DNA of 51,831 bases, counting the filler, from Jimgerdemannia flammicorona (lineage: Eukaryota), in the NCBI GenBank assembly GCA_003990765.1. It is 2 parts of 2 records of this genome, joined end to end, with 100 filler letters (N's around TTAATTAATTAA, not from the genome) between each part and the next. Parts side by side here need not be neighbours in the genome. Positions count along the whole stretch, not along the records: positions 1 to 25,868 come from RBNJ01000780.1; 1 more part is not named here. The stretch is one strand, 5' to 3'. The translations under genes and the position numbers were made by a program. The notes below the pieces were generated by a model that was not told where the DNA came from, did no database searches, and saw nothing but the letters and a program-made list of their open reading frames with translations. Below are positions 1-9,629 of the stretch, one piece after another (within the stretch, counting starts at the first letter, position 1; every line of letters starts with the position of its first letter).

Positions 1-281
1 CCGTCTTGCCCATGTCGCCCATCTTGCCCATGTCGCCCATCTTGCCGTCTTGCCCATGTTGCCCATCTTGCCCATTTTGCCCGTTTTGCCCGTCTTGCCC
101 GTCTTGCCCGTCTTGCCCGTCTTGCCTGTCTTGCCTGTGTCGTTTTGCCGGTTTTGCCTGTCTTGCCCATGTCATCCATCTTGCCATCTTGCCCATCTTG
201 CCCGTCTTGCCCATGTTGCCCGTGTTATCCGTGTTGCCCATATTGCCCATCTTGCTTGTGTCGTTTTGCCCGTCTTGCCCC
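1..281. repeat. 9-bp-unit minisatellite (CCRTCTTGC-like), runs off the window start
   Basis: Directly visible tandem ccgtcttgc/ccatcttgc/ccatgttgc units; these explain the Cys/Pro- and Leu/Pro-rich ORFs in the track. Confidence 0.95.
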
Positions 282-484
282 GAAATTCTTGAAATCCTTG
301 TAACTTGCTGAAACTAGAAGCTATGGCTACGCCGAAAAGACCAGGCGGGACTCCTATACCTAAGGAATGAGGTACACCTGTTGGTGCTCCTTGGAGCCTA
401 TATTTGTGGCCTCCAAAACTTGAGAAGCTCACCATCCTGGTGGCTTAGACGCGGAGCCAACTGTTTGGTCCGAGTGAAAGGTCC
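1..484. mobile_element. Probable end of an unidentified younger insertion interrupting the 3' LTR of element A
   Basis: Homology to the A 5' LTR (gtatactaattgttc..., 9566 onward) stops abruptly at 485. The sequence to the left is unrelated and retains many CpGs. Confidence 0.55.
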
Positions 485-548
485 GTATACTAATTGTTCA
501 TGTCATTTGGCTAAGTTATAATTCAGGTGGTACATTTTGGTCTGTTAC
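485..548 (-). repeat. Element A 3' LTR (only the first ~64 bp visible)
   Basis: Near-identical to 9566-9629; preceded on - by the purine-rich AGTGGGGGCTGA (PPT, 549-560). Confidence 0.92.
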
Positions 549-588
549 ATCAGCCCCCACTGAAGGGTAGTCTATCCCAGACTATTCT

Positions 589-1101
589 TCAGTCATCATC
601 CCAATAGGCATAAGCAGCTTTTGCATCTATACCTGTTCCATCATCATCATCTGAGCTGTGTTCACTCCATTCTAGAGGCTCTTTTTCTTCCTCAGGAAAT
701 AGGGTCTCCACTTGGTGAATAATGCTAAGGTAGGTGGGCAGTGTCATCCTTTGGAGGTCATTCAGGGAAAACTGGGTCTGGATTAAGGCAGAAGGATTTT
801 GTTTATATATTGCATATAGTCTGTCTGCAGCAGTAGTGTTTTTTCTGTTCAGGCCAGTGGTGTTTCGGACATAGGCTAGGTCTGAGAGAGGAAGGTTCTG
901 CAATTGTTCTTCGATTGCATAATATGCCTGCAGCTGGTAGACCTGGAGTAGCCTCTCAGCCAAAGTGAGGTTCTCTTGATGAACTCGGATTCTCTGAAGA
1001 TAAGTTCCATTGAGTTCCTGGAACTGAGGCAGGGGAACTGGTAAGACTTAGAGGGAACTGAGAATAAGAGTTTGGAGGCAGTTGTTAATTCTCTGATTCA
1101 T
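589..1101 (-). pseudogene. Element A post-integrase accessory ORF (~170 aa, one internal TAA), HTH-like, unknown function
   Basis: ORF 589-963 extends in frame to an ATG at 1101 (MNQRINNCLQ...) through one TAA at ~1048-1050; aligns by eye with the C and E accessory ORFs. Confidence 0.75.
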
Positions 1102-1104
1102 GAT

Positions 1105-2164
1105 GTGAGAAGAAATATATCTTGAGGCAATTGATGTGTACTGGTATTCTCAGAGTTCATCCATCCATGCTTCTTAAATAGATGCTGGTTCCTCTGATGT
1201 TGTATACAAGATAAGATCCTTCCCATTTTGGTTCCAGTTTGGTGGCAAAGTTTGTCTCAATCATGCTTCTCCAAACTTGAACTTGATCTCCAATCTTGAT
1301 CTTCAGATCCTTCTATTTTTGGTTATAATACTTTTTTTGTCTTTCCTGGGCTTTGATAATCTGTCCTTGGGCTTGATTTCATAACTGTTCTGTCTTTTTG
1401 AGGAGGTCTCCAAGATTCTCATGGTCAGCAGTTCTGGTTCTCTTGGCAAACATCATTTCGAATGGCTTTTGTTTGGTGGATGTGGCAGGGGTGTTCTAAA
1501 TTTCCCATAGGATCTCAGGCAAGCAGAGGCCCCAATTAGTAGGGTTGACTCGGGCAAGTCCTTTCTTGATGGTCTGGTTCATTCTTTCTATCATGCCATT
1601 GGTCTGGGGGTGGTATGATGTGGTCCTCTTGAGGTGGATCTTGTGAATTCAGGCATAACTTGTGATTATATTATTGATGAATTCTGTGCCTCGGTCAGAG
1701 ATAAGTTCTTCTGGGGGTCCATATCTGAGTGTGAGTCCATGGAGGAGGCCTATAATAGTTAAGGCATCTGCGATTTCCATTGGGAAAGCCTCGGGCCACT
1801 TAGTCAGATGTTCTACAAATACAAGGATGTATTTGTTTCTTCTTGGTGTAACTGGTAGAGGTCCAATTACATCTACTCTCCATCTTTGAAAGATGTGGTC
1901 AGGTGGGGGAATCGGTTGCAGAGGGGCTTGATAGTTCTTCTTTCCTTGATACTTCTGGCAAATGTCACATTTCTGAATGATGTCTTGGACTTGGGTTCTG
2001 AGGTGGGGCCAATGTTGATATTGTTTTCGAATCTTGTCTTCTATGCATGTTTGTCCTTGGTGGGCTTTCTGATGTTCTTGCCCGATGAGATTTTCTTGTT
2101 CCTTGATGGTCTGAGGAGCTTCCTTTAGAGTGTGGTTCCTTGGGACACCCTTCTTCTGGTTCAT
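1105..2164 (-). pseudogene. Element A integrase (HHCC, DDE core, GPY/F-like tail, no chromodomain)
   Basis: H..H..CDIC; VDVIGPLP; LISDRGTEF; YHPQTNGMIERMN at ~1580-1620; KLEPKWEG tail. Confidence 0.93.
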
Positions 2165-2169
2165 TGTGG

Positions 2170-2600
2170 CTAGCGGGAAAGTACATCAACATTGTTGTGG
2201 GCTTTTCCTGCTTTGTGGATGATGGTGATTTTGTAATCCTGAAGGATAAGGATCCAGCGGGCTAGGATTCCAGCTAGTTCCTTGTGGTTAAATAGCCATT
2301 TGAGGGCTGCATGGTCTGTGATCAGAGTGAACCTTTTTCTGATGAGATAATGCTTGAATAGGGTGACCGCCCATATGACTGCAAGGCATTCCAGTTTGGT
2401 GCTGCCATAGTTCATCTGCTGCTGGTTGGTAGCTCTGCTTGTATAAGCTATCATATGGTGCTGTTGGCCAGGTCCTTCTTGGGCTAGAACTGCTCCTAGG
2501 CCATCTTTGGAAGCATCTGTATACAAGATGAATGGCTTCTGTAGATTGGGGCACACAAGGATTGGTGCTGTAGTCATGTGGTTCTTGAGTTCTCTGAAGG
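2170..2600 (-). pseudogene. Element A RNase H
   Basis: [39 protein letters not shown]. Confidence 0.95.
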
Positions 2601-2619
2601 CTTTTTTCTGTGATTCTGT

Positions 2620-3576
2620 CTATTTGAATGTCATTCCTTTCTTAAGAAGGATTTGGATTGGGGCAGCAATTTGGGCAAAATCCTTGATAAACCTTCTGTA
2701 GTAGGATACTAGCATCAGGAATGATAGTGTTTCTTTTGGAGTCTTGGGTACTGGCCAATTGTTGATCTTCTCAGTTTTCTTTGGATCTGCATGAGTTCCT
2801 TCTTTTGAGACTACAAATCCCCGGAATTCGAGTTTCTGTTTTCCAAAGTAGCATTTCTTTGAATTTAGTCTCAAGTGGTTCTTACAGGTGAGCTTGAAGA
2901 ATTCCTCTAGGTAGTGCAGGTGTTCTTCGAAATTTGATGAATAGATGTTGGAATCATCCATGTATACAATCAGACAGTAGTGGATCAAGGGGGCATAGAC
3001 TGAATTCATCATCCTCTGGAAGGTGGGGGGTGCATTGCAAAGTCCAAAGGGCATTCAGAGGTATTCAAACAGTTTTCCTAGAGCAAGAAAGGCTGTCTTT
3101 TGAATGTCCTTAGGATCCATGGGGATCTCATGGAATCCTGCAAAGAGGTCCATACTGCTGAAGTATCTGGCATCTTGTAACTGGTCCAAAAGGTCATCGA
3201 TTCTGGGCAAAGGATAAGCATCCTTTTCAGTGACTGAGTTGAGTTTTCTGTAATCCATGCAGAGTCTCCATCCTCCTTTCTTTGGTACAATAAGTATAGG
3301 GCTGGCCCAGGGGCTGGTAGAGGGTCGGATGACTCCATTGTCTAAGAGTTCTTGGATGTGCTCCTTTTCGAATGTTTTCAAGTGATGGGATATTCTATAA
3401 GGTTTCTGCTGGATGGGTGTTGCACTTCCTGTATTTATGCTGTGGTGATATAATGGATTGTATGGCAGGTTGCCATAATCAGTGGTGAAGATATCTTGAT
3501 ATTTGTTGAGAAGTTCTACTAGTTGTTGCTGTTGTTGAGGTGTCAATTCTTCTCCAATGTTGGTGGAAGGCTTCAC
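2620..3576 (-). pseudogene. Element A reverse transcriptase
   Basis: SPWASP, RLCMDYRKLN, YPLPRIDDL, MPFGLCNAP, YMDD; in-frame stops. Confidence 0.97.
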
Positions 3577-3619
3577 TGTCTCCTGGGTCGCAGAGGTGCC
3601 TTTCCTTTCTTCTGAGACC

Positions 3620-3926
3620 TTTTGCCATTTCCCAATAGGTTTAGTTCATAAACTTCCCTATGAGTTCGGTTGAGAAAAGGCACCAGATGTCCTATAATGG
3701 TTCCTTTTGACAGGATGATGATCTCCCAACTTTGGTTGGTTGCTCGGGAGTGTACTGGGTTCATCTTGTCAGGGAATGTGTGTCCCTCTATGTCCAGGTG
3801 TGGGATATCTTCCTTAGGTTCAAAAAAAAGGTTTCTGGGGTCGGGTGGTGCAAAGATTTCGAAGGTAGTTTGTTCTCCAGGTTCCAGGATGAGATTCTTG
3901 TGCAGTCTGACTGACTGCCAGTACAC
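3620..3926 (-). pseudogene. Element A second, degenerate dUTPase-like beta segment
   Basis: LILEPGEQ...ATNQS.EIIILSKGTIIGHL echoes the dUTPase scaffold but lacks catalytic motifs (inference). Confidence 0.45.
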
Positions 3927-3984
3927 TTGCTGGGGAACATTCTTCTTGAGATAATTGACTTGAAGGAGATGTACCTCCTTTCTG

Positions 3985-4375
3985 TCTGAACTTCCAAATC
4001 CCTTGGCTTGTCTTGTTCCTTCAGTTAGTTCAGAGACTTCCTGTAACTGTGGGGTCTTGACCTTAATGAAGACTGCTTGGGCAATCTTCTGTCCTCTGAT
4101 GATTCAGTACCATTCTGCACTGCTATTGTGTAGGATAACCTTGATTTTGCCTGTATATCCAGGGTCAATGGTTCCTCCTTCTACAGTTATCCCTTGTCTG
4201 GCAAGTCCAGACCTTGAGGTCAGTTGAATATAAGCTCCTTGAGGTGGCTGCATGGCTAATCTAGTTCTGACCATGAAGGTTTTTCCAGGCTTGATAGATT
4301 CATCCTCCAGGCTGTGAAGATCATATCCTACATCCTCTGGGTGAGCTTTGGTCGGGGGTTTGGCCTTGGGGTGCA
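3985..4375 (-). pseudogene. Element A trimeric dUTPase
   Basis: VGYDL, RSGLA, GTIDPGYTG; past one stop, KIAQ and RQAKGFGSS (motifs 1-5). Confidence 0.93.
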
Positions 4376-5700
4376 GCAGGGCATACTGGGCAATATCCTT
4401 ACTGAGTTCAGGTTTTCCTAAGGCTGAAGCTCCACTGGCAGAAAGCCTCCAAGCTCTAAGGTTGAGGTGTGGCCATCTGGCTCCAGTAGAGGAATCTCGG
4501 AGGTAATTGATTCCCCTTCTTTCTGTAGGGTCAAGGGCTTCCATGAAGTTGGTGGCATCTTCTGCCCATCCTTGGTGGGTTGCATGTCTGATGAGAGCTA
4601 GGATGTCTTCTCCCAAATCATAGATCTTGAGAGTTCTTTTTCCAGGCTTCTTGGTCTGGCTTCTTTGATTCTGACTTTTGCAAATCTGGCTTCGGTTATC
4701 TCCTTTCTTCAAGGTGTGCACTGCAACATCATGACTGAGATGAATCTTCTGATGTCTGCAGTCTCGGCAATCAGGGTGTCTCCCATGGTTGCAATATTCC
4801 ATTGCTCGGAAATGATGTTCCTGGCTATTTATCTCTTGTTGTCTTGGGAATCAGTACCCATCTTGATCATAGGTTGGGAGAAGGGTAGACAAGGGGTATA
4901 TTTCTGTTTGGGTAAAGAAGCCTTGTCCTCTAAATCGACTTTGTAACCTTGTGGTGACTTCCTGAAAGGTGGTAGACTGTGCAAGAGTAGTTGGGGGTTC
5001 TGGTCTCTGGGGTCTCTGTCTTTCTTGTTGGTCCAACAGATGACACTGATAGCAATAGTCTCGGGGAGAATGGAAGGCCATTTGATGTGGACATCTTCCT
5101 AGCTGGAAAGCTTTCTCTTGGTGGGTTTCTTTCTTGGAGATTATGGTGATAGTACTGGGTCCTTCCTCTGTGTTCCAGGGGTCATTGTCTTCAGGTGGTG
5201 TCCAGTGAGGGTCATCCCAGGGGATGAGTTCAGGGACTTCTTCTTCATCAGGCGCTTCTTGTTCAGGAACTTCTTGGTCAGAAGTTTCTTCTTCCTTGGA
5301 TGATTCTTGACCCCAAATTGCTTGTACTTCTGCAGCTTCGGTTGCAGGTGTTTTTGGAACATGTCTGCATTTCTTCTTCTTTCTTCTACATTCTGGGCAG
5401 GCTACACCAGGCGATTTCCTTGTTCCCATGATCTTGGAGGAATGCTTGGGACACTTGTGTCTCTTGAGGCATATGGGACATCCTTTGGCTTCTCCTGCAA
5501 TGGCTCCAATGGTGATGGGAATGGTGTTCTTGGCCCATACATTGTCTTCTGGTCTGTCATCCACCAGGTTAATTCAAGGATTGAGTCTGGGATCATTTCC
5601 ATCTTCAGATTCTTCTTCCTCCTCTGTAGTAGACTCCTCACTGCTGGTATATTCTTCTTGGATAGTGACCTTCTTCTTCTTCCTTGATTGCTCATAGCTG
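4376..5700 (-). pseudogene. Element A long Cys/His-rich, acidic PR-dUTPase spacer
   Basis: ORFs 4104-4802 and 4851-5564: CPICLKRHKC, CPECRRKKKKCRH, GRCPH..CYQC, CNH..CRDC. Confidence 0.7.
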
Positions 5701-6536
5701 GTCACCTTAACTCTATACTTCTTGCCTCAGTAGTCAAACTTGAGTACTTGTTGGCCGATATCAACAACTGCATTCATTTCCTTCATCCAGTTGGTGCCAA
5801 GAATCATGTCATAGGTGACAGCTTCAGTGACAACAGCTTTAGGGATGGAGAACTGAATGTGTCCAAGGGAAATGGTGATATTTCATACTTCTCCAAGGGG
5901 TTGAGTTCGGGCTCCATCTGCTACTATGATGCTGAGGTTAGATGGTCCATCAATGGGCCATTGGAGGGTGTCCAAGAATTGTTTGGCAATGATACAGATG
6001 GCTGCTCCTGTATCTATGAGGATTTTTGCTTTTTGTCCTCCAATGTCTCCATATAAGTAGGTGCTGATATGTCTTTCAGCTGCTTGAACAGGAATAGGAG
6101 CTGGTTCTTGCCGTGGGATTGGAACTTGGCCAGTGCTAGACCTTGTAGTTCTCAGCAATTTGTTTCGAACTCCAGCTGGTGTCAATTGCAAGAACTGCAG
6201 GAGAGGAGCTTCCATCTTGGCTTCTTGAATCTTCTGCCAGGCTTCATTGTAAATGCCTCTAGGCATAGTCTTTGGAGTGTACTTTTTCTTAGACTTTGGA
6301 GCAGCAGGTTCCTGTTCTTCTTGTTCTATTTCTTCATCTTCTGGTGGCAATTCATTTGTCTCAGGCATGAAGGGTGAGGGGGTTCGGGGAGGTGTTTCAA
6401 CTTGTTCCTCCTCATGCTCTTCATCTTCTTCTTGAATAATTCTTCTGCTGATATTCCTGGATGGTCTTCCCACAGGTCTCTTTCTTTTTTCTGCTGGGTA
6501 GACTGTCTTTTGGGTGGTAACCTTGGTAGGGTACAA
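5700..6536 (-). pseudogene. Element A aspartic protease and upstream acidic linker
   Basis: KILIDTGA motif, IVADG..PLGEV; YDMILG at ~5795-5812. Confidence 0.92.
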
Positions 6537-6639
6537 GTCTAGGTCACTGTAGTCTTCACTGTTGCTTGCTTCCTCGAAATCTTCAACAGGATGGGCTTCA
6601 GTCTTCTTGTACTGGGTGTCATTCCTTCAGTTTGGTGGT

Positions 6640-7573
6640 TCTGAGTCCCTTCGGTCACTTCTTTTATTGTCACATTCAGTGACATATGTCCGAATTATCC
6701 ACAGTGGAAGCATTGGACTTGGGCTCTGTCTTGGACAGGGTACCTTCTTTCTTCTTGCTGGTAATTCCTGTTATCTCTTGGTGGATAATCTTGGCTCCTC
6801 TGTGGTGGATATCCTCTGTTGTCTTGGTAGCTCTGATTTTCACATATAGTAAGTTTTTCAATCTGGCCAACCAATTGGTCTAACTTGGAGCTAAGATCTT
6901 GAATTTCACTTCTGTTCTTCTTTCCTTTCTTGGCTGGCCTCCTTTCTTCGGATCTTTCTTGTCCTTGAAGGAGTCCTTGCAGGGCCTTGACCAGGATATC
7001 TTCTTTATCTTCCTTTTTGTCATGATTGCTCCAGGTGGTTCCTTGCCTGATATCAAAGAATCCTTGGGCTGCATCTACTTGCTCTTCAGACCTTCTGATG
7101 CCTAGGGTGCAGACATACTGGGCAATATTTGGAGGAATTCCATTCATGAAGGTTATTGGTCCTATGATGTCTTGGTTGGTGGCATTGAATCCAGCAGAAT
7201 GCATTCTCTTCTGGATTCTTGTAAAGAAGGCTCTGAGTGATTCTCCAAGATTCATCTTCATTCCCATGATAGATTCCTGAGCCTTGTGGTGGGTTTCATT
7301 TCCTGCATACTTTTCAATGAGCCAATGGACCATGGCTTCATACTCTAGCTCATCGGAGAAGGCTGCTTGTATCTGTCTTGCCAGTTCTGAATCTGGGTTG
7401 TTTGCTGTTTGGTGGAAAATTCCTCTAGCTGGTTCTCTGAGCTGGGCTTTGTAGATGGCGATTTTTCTTTCATCTGAGAGGTTTCTCAAGGCTGCGATTC
7501 CTTCAATTCCATCAAGGAATTCTCTAGGGTCCTCCTCCAGGTATCCTGCAAAAGTTGGCAATGAGGTGGCCAT
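6640..7573 (-). pseudogene. Element A Gag (capsid plus zinc knuckle)
   Basis: LPTFAG..EDPREFL, GESLRAFFTR, CFHCG*FGH knuckle; the N-terminus may extend toward 8100. Confidence 0.88.
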
Positions 7574-8120
7574 TTCATCGTCACTTTCTTCTGATTCTGG
7601 TTCAGGTTCGGATTTGATTCTGATTCACTTTCTGAACTGTCACCAGAAACAGGGATGCTTGGATATCTTGAAGATGGTGTTCTGGTCCTTGGGTGAGGTG
7701 GGATAGGTCTGGGTATTCTTGTAGGAGCTACTTCTGGTTCTGCAAGGGGTTGTAGTAGGGGTTCTATTGGTGAGATTGCTGGGACTGGTATGGGGTGTCT
7801 GGCTGTAAAGTGTTGGGTCCAGGTAATAAGGTCTTCTAGTTCTTATGCAAGTTCTCCAAAAACTCTATCAGGGCTGCCTGTATTGTCTGGTTGATCTGGT
7901 TGATCTGGTTGGGGATTTTGGGCTGTACTGCCTCCTGCTTCTGGTTGGGATCCTTCTGATGCTAGGTAGTTGGTGAGTCTTGAGGTGATTACTTCTCTTC
8001 CTGTCCAAATGCTAGTGATGACTGGTTCTCCTGTAGTGGCAGAGGTTGGTGTTGTATCAAATGTATCCAGTTTGACTGTGGGTTCTTGTGAGCTGAAAAG
8101 TCACATCGATTTTGAAATCT

Positions 8121-8137
8121 TCCCAGTTGAGCCTCCA
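8121..8137 (-). promoter_or_regulatory. Element A primer-binding site TGGAGGCTCAACTGGGA (tRNA-Thr-like)
   Basis: Lies 2 nt after the LTR end (...TTACA), starts with TGG; the TGGAGGC-N4-CTGGGA pattern fits a eukaryotic tRNA-Thr 3' end from memory. Confidence 0.75.
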
Positions 8138-8139
8138 AA

Positions 8140-9629
8140 TGTAATGTGCCGGCTCAATGGAGGCAAATTACAAGGTTGGGGGTTGATGTAGTTTGGCTTG
8201 AGCCCCCAGTTACTTTGTCAAAAAGCAACAAAATGTTCTAAGATTTCTGAGGTCCTTGGTGTTTAGTGGTATAATAGTCAAAGCTGGATATCTGCAAGTG
8301 ATTTCCTTATTGGGATGGTTCTCTGGGTATAGTGGTGATTTGTGTGTCTTTCCCTTCTTGGGTCAACTGGGAATGGCAGAATTTTGTATGTAGCATGAGC
8401 AGTTTTCTTCTTGAGTGACGATCTCTGATTTCTGTATGACAATCTGGCAATTTAGAGGTTCTCCTTATGCGGTTTCTGTGTGACGATATCCGTGTAGCAT
8501 GATGATTTCCAAAAGTATGCGATTTCTGGTAGATAGCTTGATTTGGCTCACTGGGAATGTATGGCATGGGTTCTTCTCGGGCTCACTGGGAATGATGAAC
8601 AACTCGGATGGCTCTTCTGGGAATGCGGATAACTCGAAAGTGGCAGATGATGTGGATTTGGCGGGCTTCTTGAAAACGGTGGCTTAACTGGGAATTAACT
8701 TGGATAGCACAGACTCTTGCTGAATCAGTTTCAACTGGGAATACGGTGGATAACTCAAAAATGGCAGGTGACACGGATTCTTCCTAAATCAGCAGCTTTA
8801 ACTGGGAATACGATGGTGCAGATTCTTCTAAATCAGCGGCTTCAACTGGGAATACGATGGTGCAGATTCTTCCTGAATCGGCAGCTTCGACTGGAAAATG
8901 GGATGGCAGCTTGGAAAGGGTCTCTTGGCAAAGTTGCATCAAAGACTGGCTTCGTTTGCACGAACGGATCACTGCAAAGTTACATCAGAAACTGGCTTGA
9001 GCAAAGTGGTTTTCTAATGTGGATAACTTGGAAATGGCAGCTTATTTCTTAAGTGGTGGGTTACTCAAAGGCGGTGAAGTTCTCCTTGAACTTAGGCAGC
9101 AAATCTTCAGGCTTATCTGGCAAGTGAACCAAAAATGTAACAAACTCTTCTTTGTATCGGAAAGTGGACTGGAGTGGGAATAAGGGGACCAATTGCTCAA
9201 TCTTTAGAGGCTTCTTTGGTTTGCACTTCAATTCAGACTGAGGTTTATTCACTCTCGCCTCTGGGGTAATTTATACAAGTTGGTTGCTATCTGGTTACTA
9301 TGTGGCTAACTATAGATTTGCCATCTTTGGTAATGTTTGGGTGTGTCCTCTGGGTACAGGTGTGTCCATAGGACATGAGTGTGTCCGCAGGACATGAGTG
9401 TGTCCACAGGACATGAGTGTGTCTGCAGGACATGAGTGTGTCCACAGGACATGAGTGTGTCCTCAGGACACAGGTAAACAATCCTGATCTGGTGTCTTGG
9501 CTAATTATAAGTGTGGTGGGTATGAGTAACTATGATATACTGGAAGTCACATCATGCTGAGTAAGTATACTAATTGTTCATGTCATTTGGCTAAGTTATA
9601 ATTCAGATGGTATGTTTTGGTCTGTTACA
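8140..9629 (-). repeat. Element A 5' LTR (~1490 bp)
   Basis: TGTAA...TTACA termini, adjacent PBS, TATAAAT at ~9269-9275 and AATAAA at 9244-9249 on -. Confidence 0.85.
9341..9474. repeat. 19-bp tandem palindromic repeat GGACATGAGTGTGTCCNCA in U3 of A
   Basis: Five near-perfect units at 9371, 9390, 9409, 9428 and 9447, plus degenerate flanking units. Confidence 0.95.

Larger units (their letters stand above)
485..9629 (-). mobile_element. Element A: Ty3/Gypsy LTR retrotransposon, non-chromodomain, Gag-PR-Zn-rich spacer-dUTPase-RT-RH-INT plus 3' accessory ORF
   Basis: LTR termini TGTAACAGAC on - at 9629 and 548; PBS; PPT; domain order PR-RT-RH-INT seen in the ORF fragments. Confidence 0.96.

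Noticed and set aside
6..435. Cys-Pro-rich (metallothionein-like) and Leu-Pro-Val ORFs
   Set aside because: They are translations of a 9-bp minisatellite that is open in several frames.
589..1101. env gene in the third-ORF position (also 42772-43233)
   Set aside because: Too short; no signal peptide, furin site or TM segment.
8363..9474. CRISPR-like reading of the repeats in the A LTR
   Set aside because: No constant-length unique spacers, no cas genes, eukaryotic LTR context.
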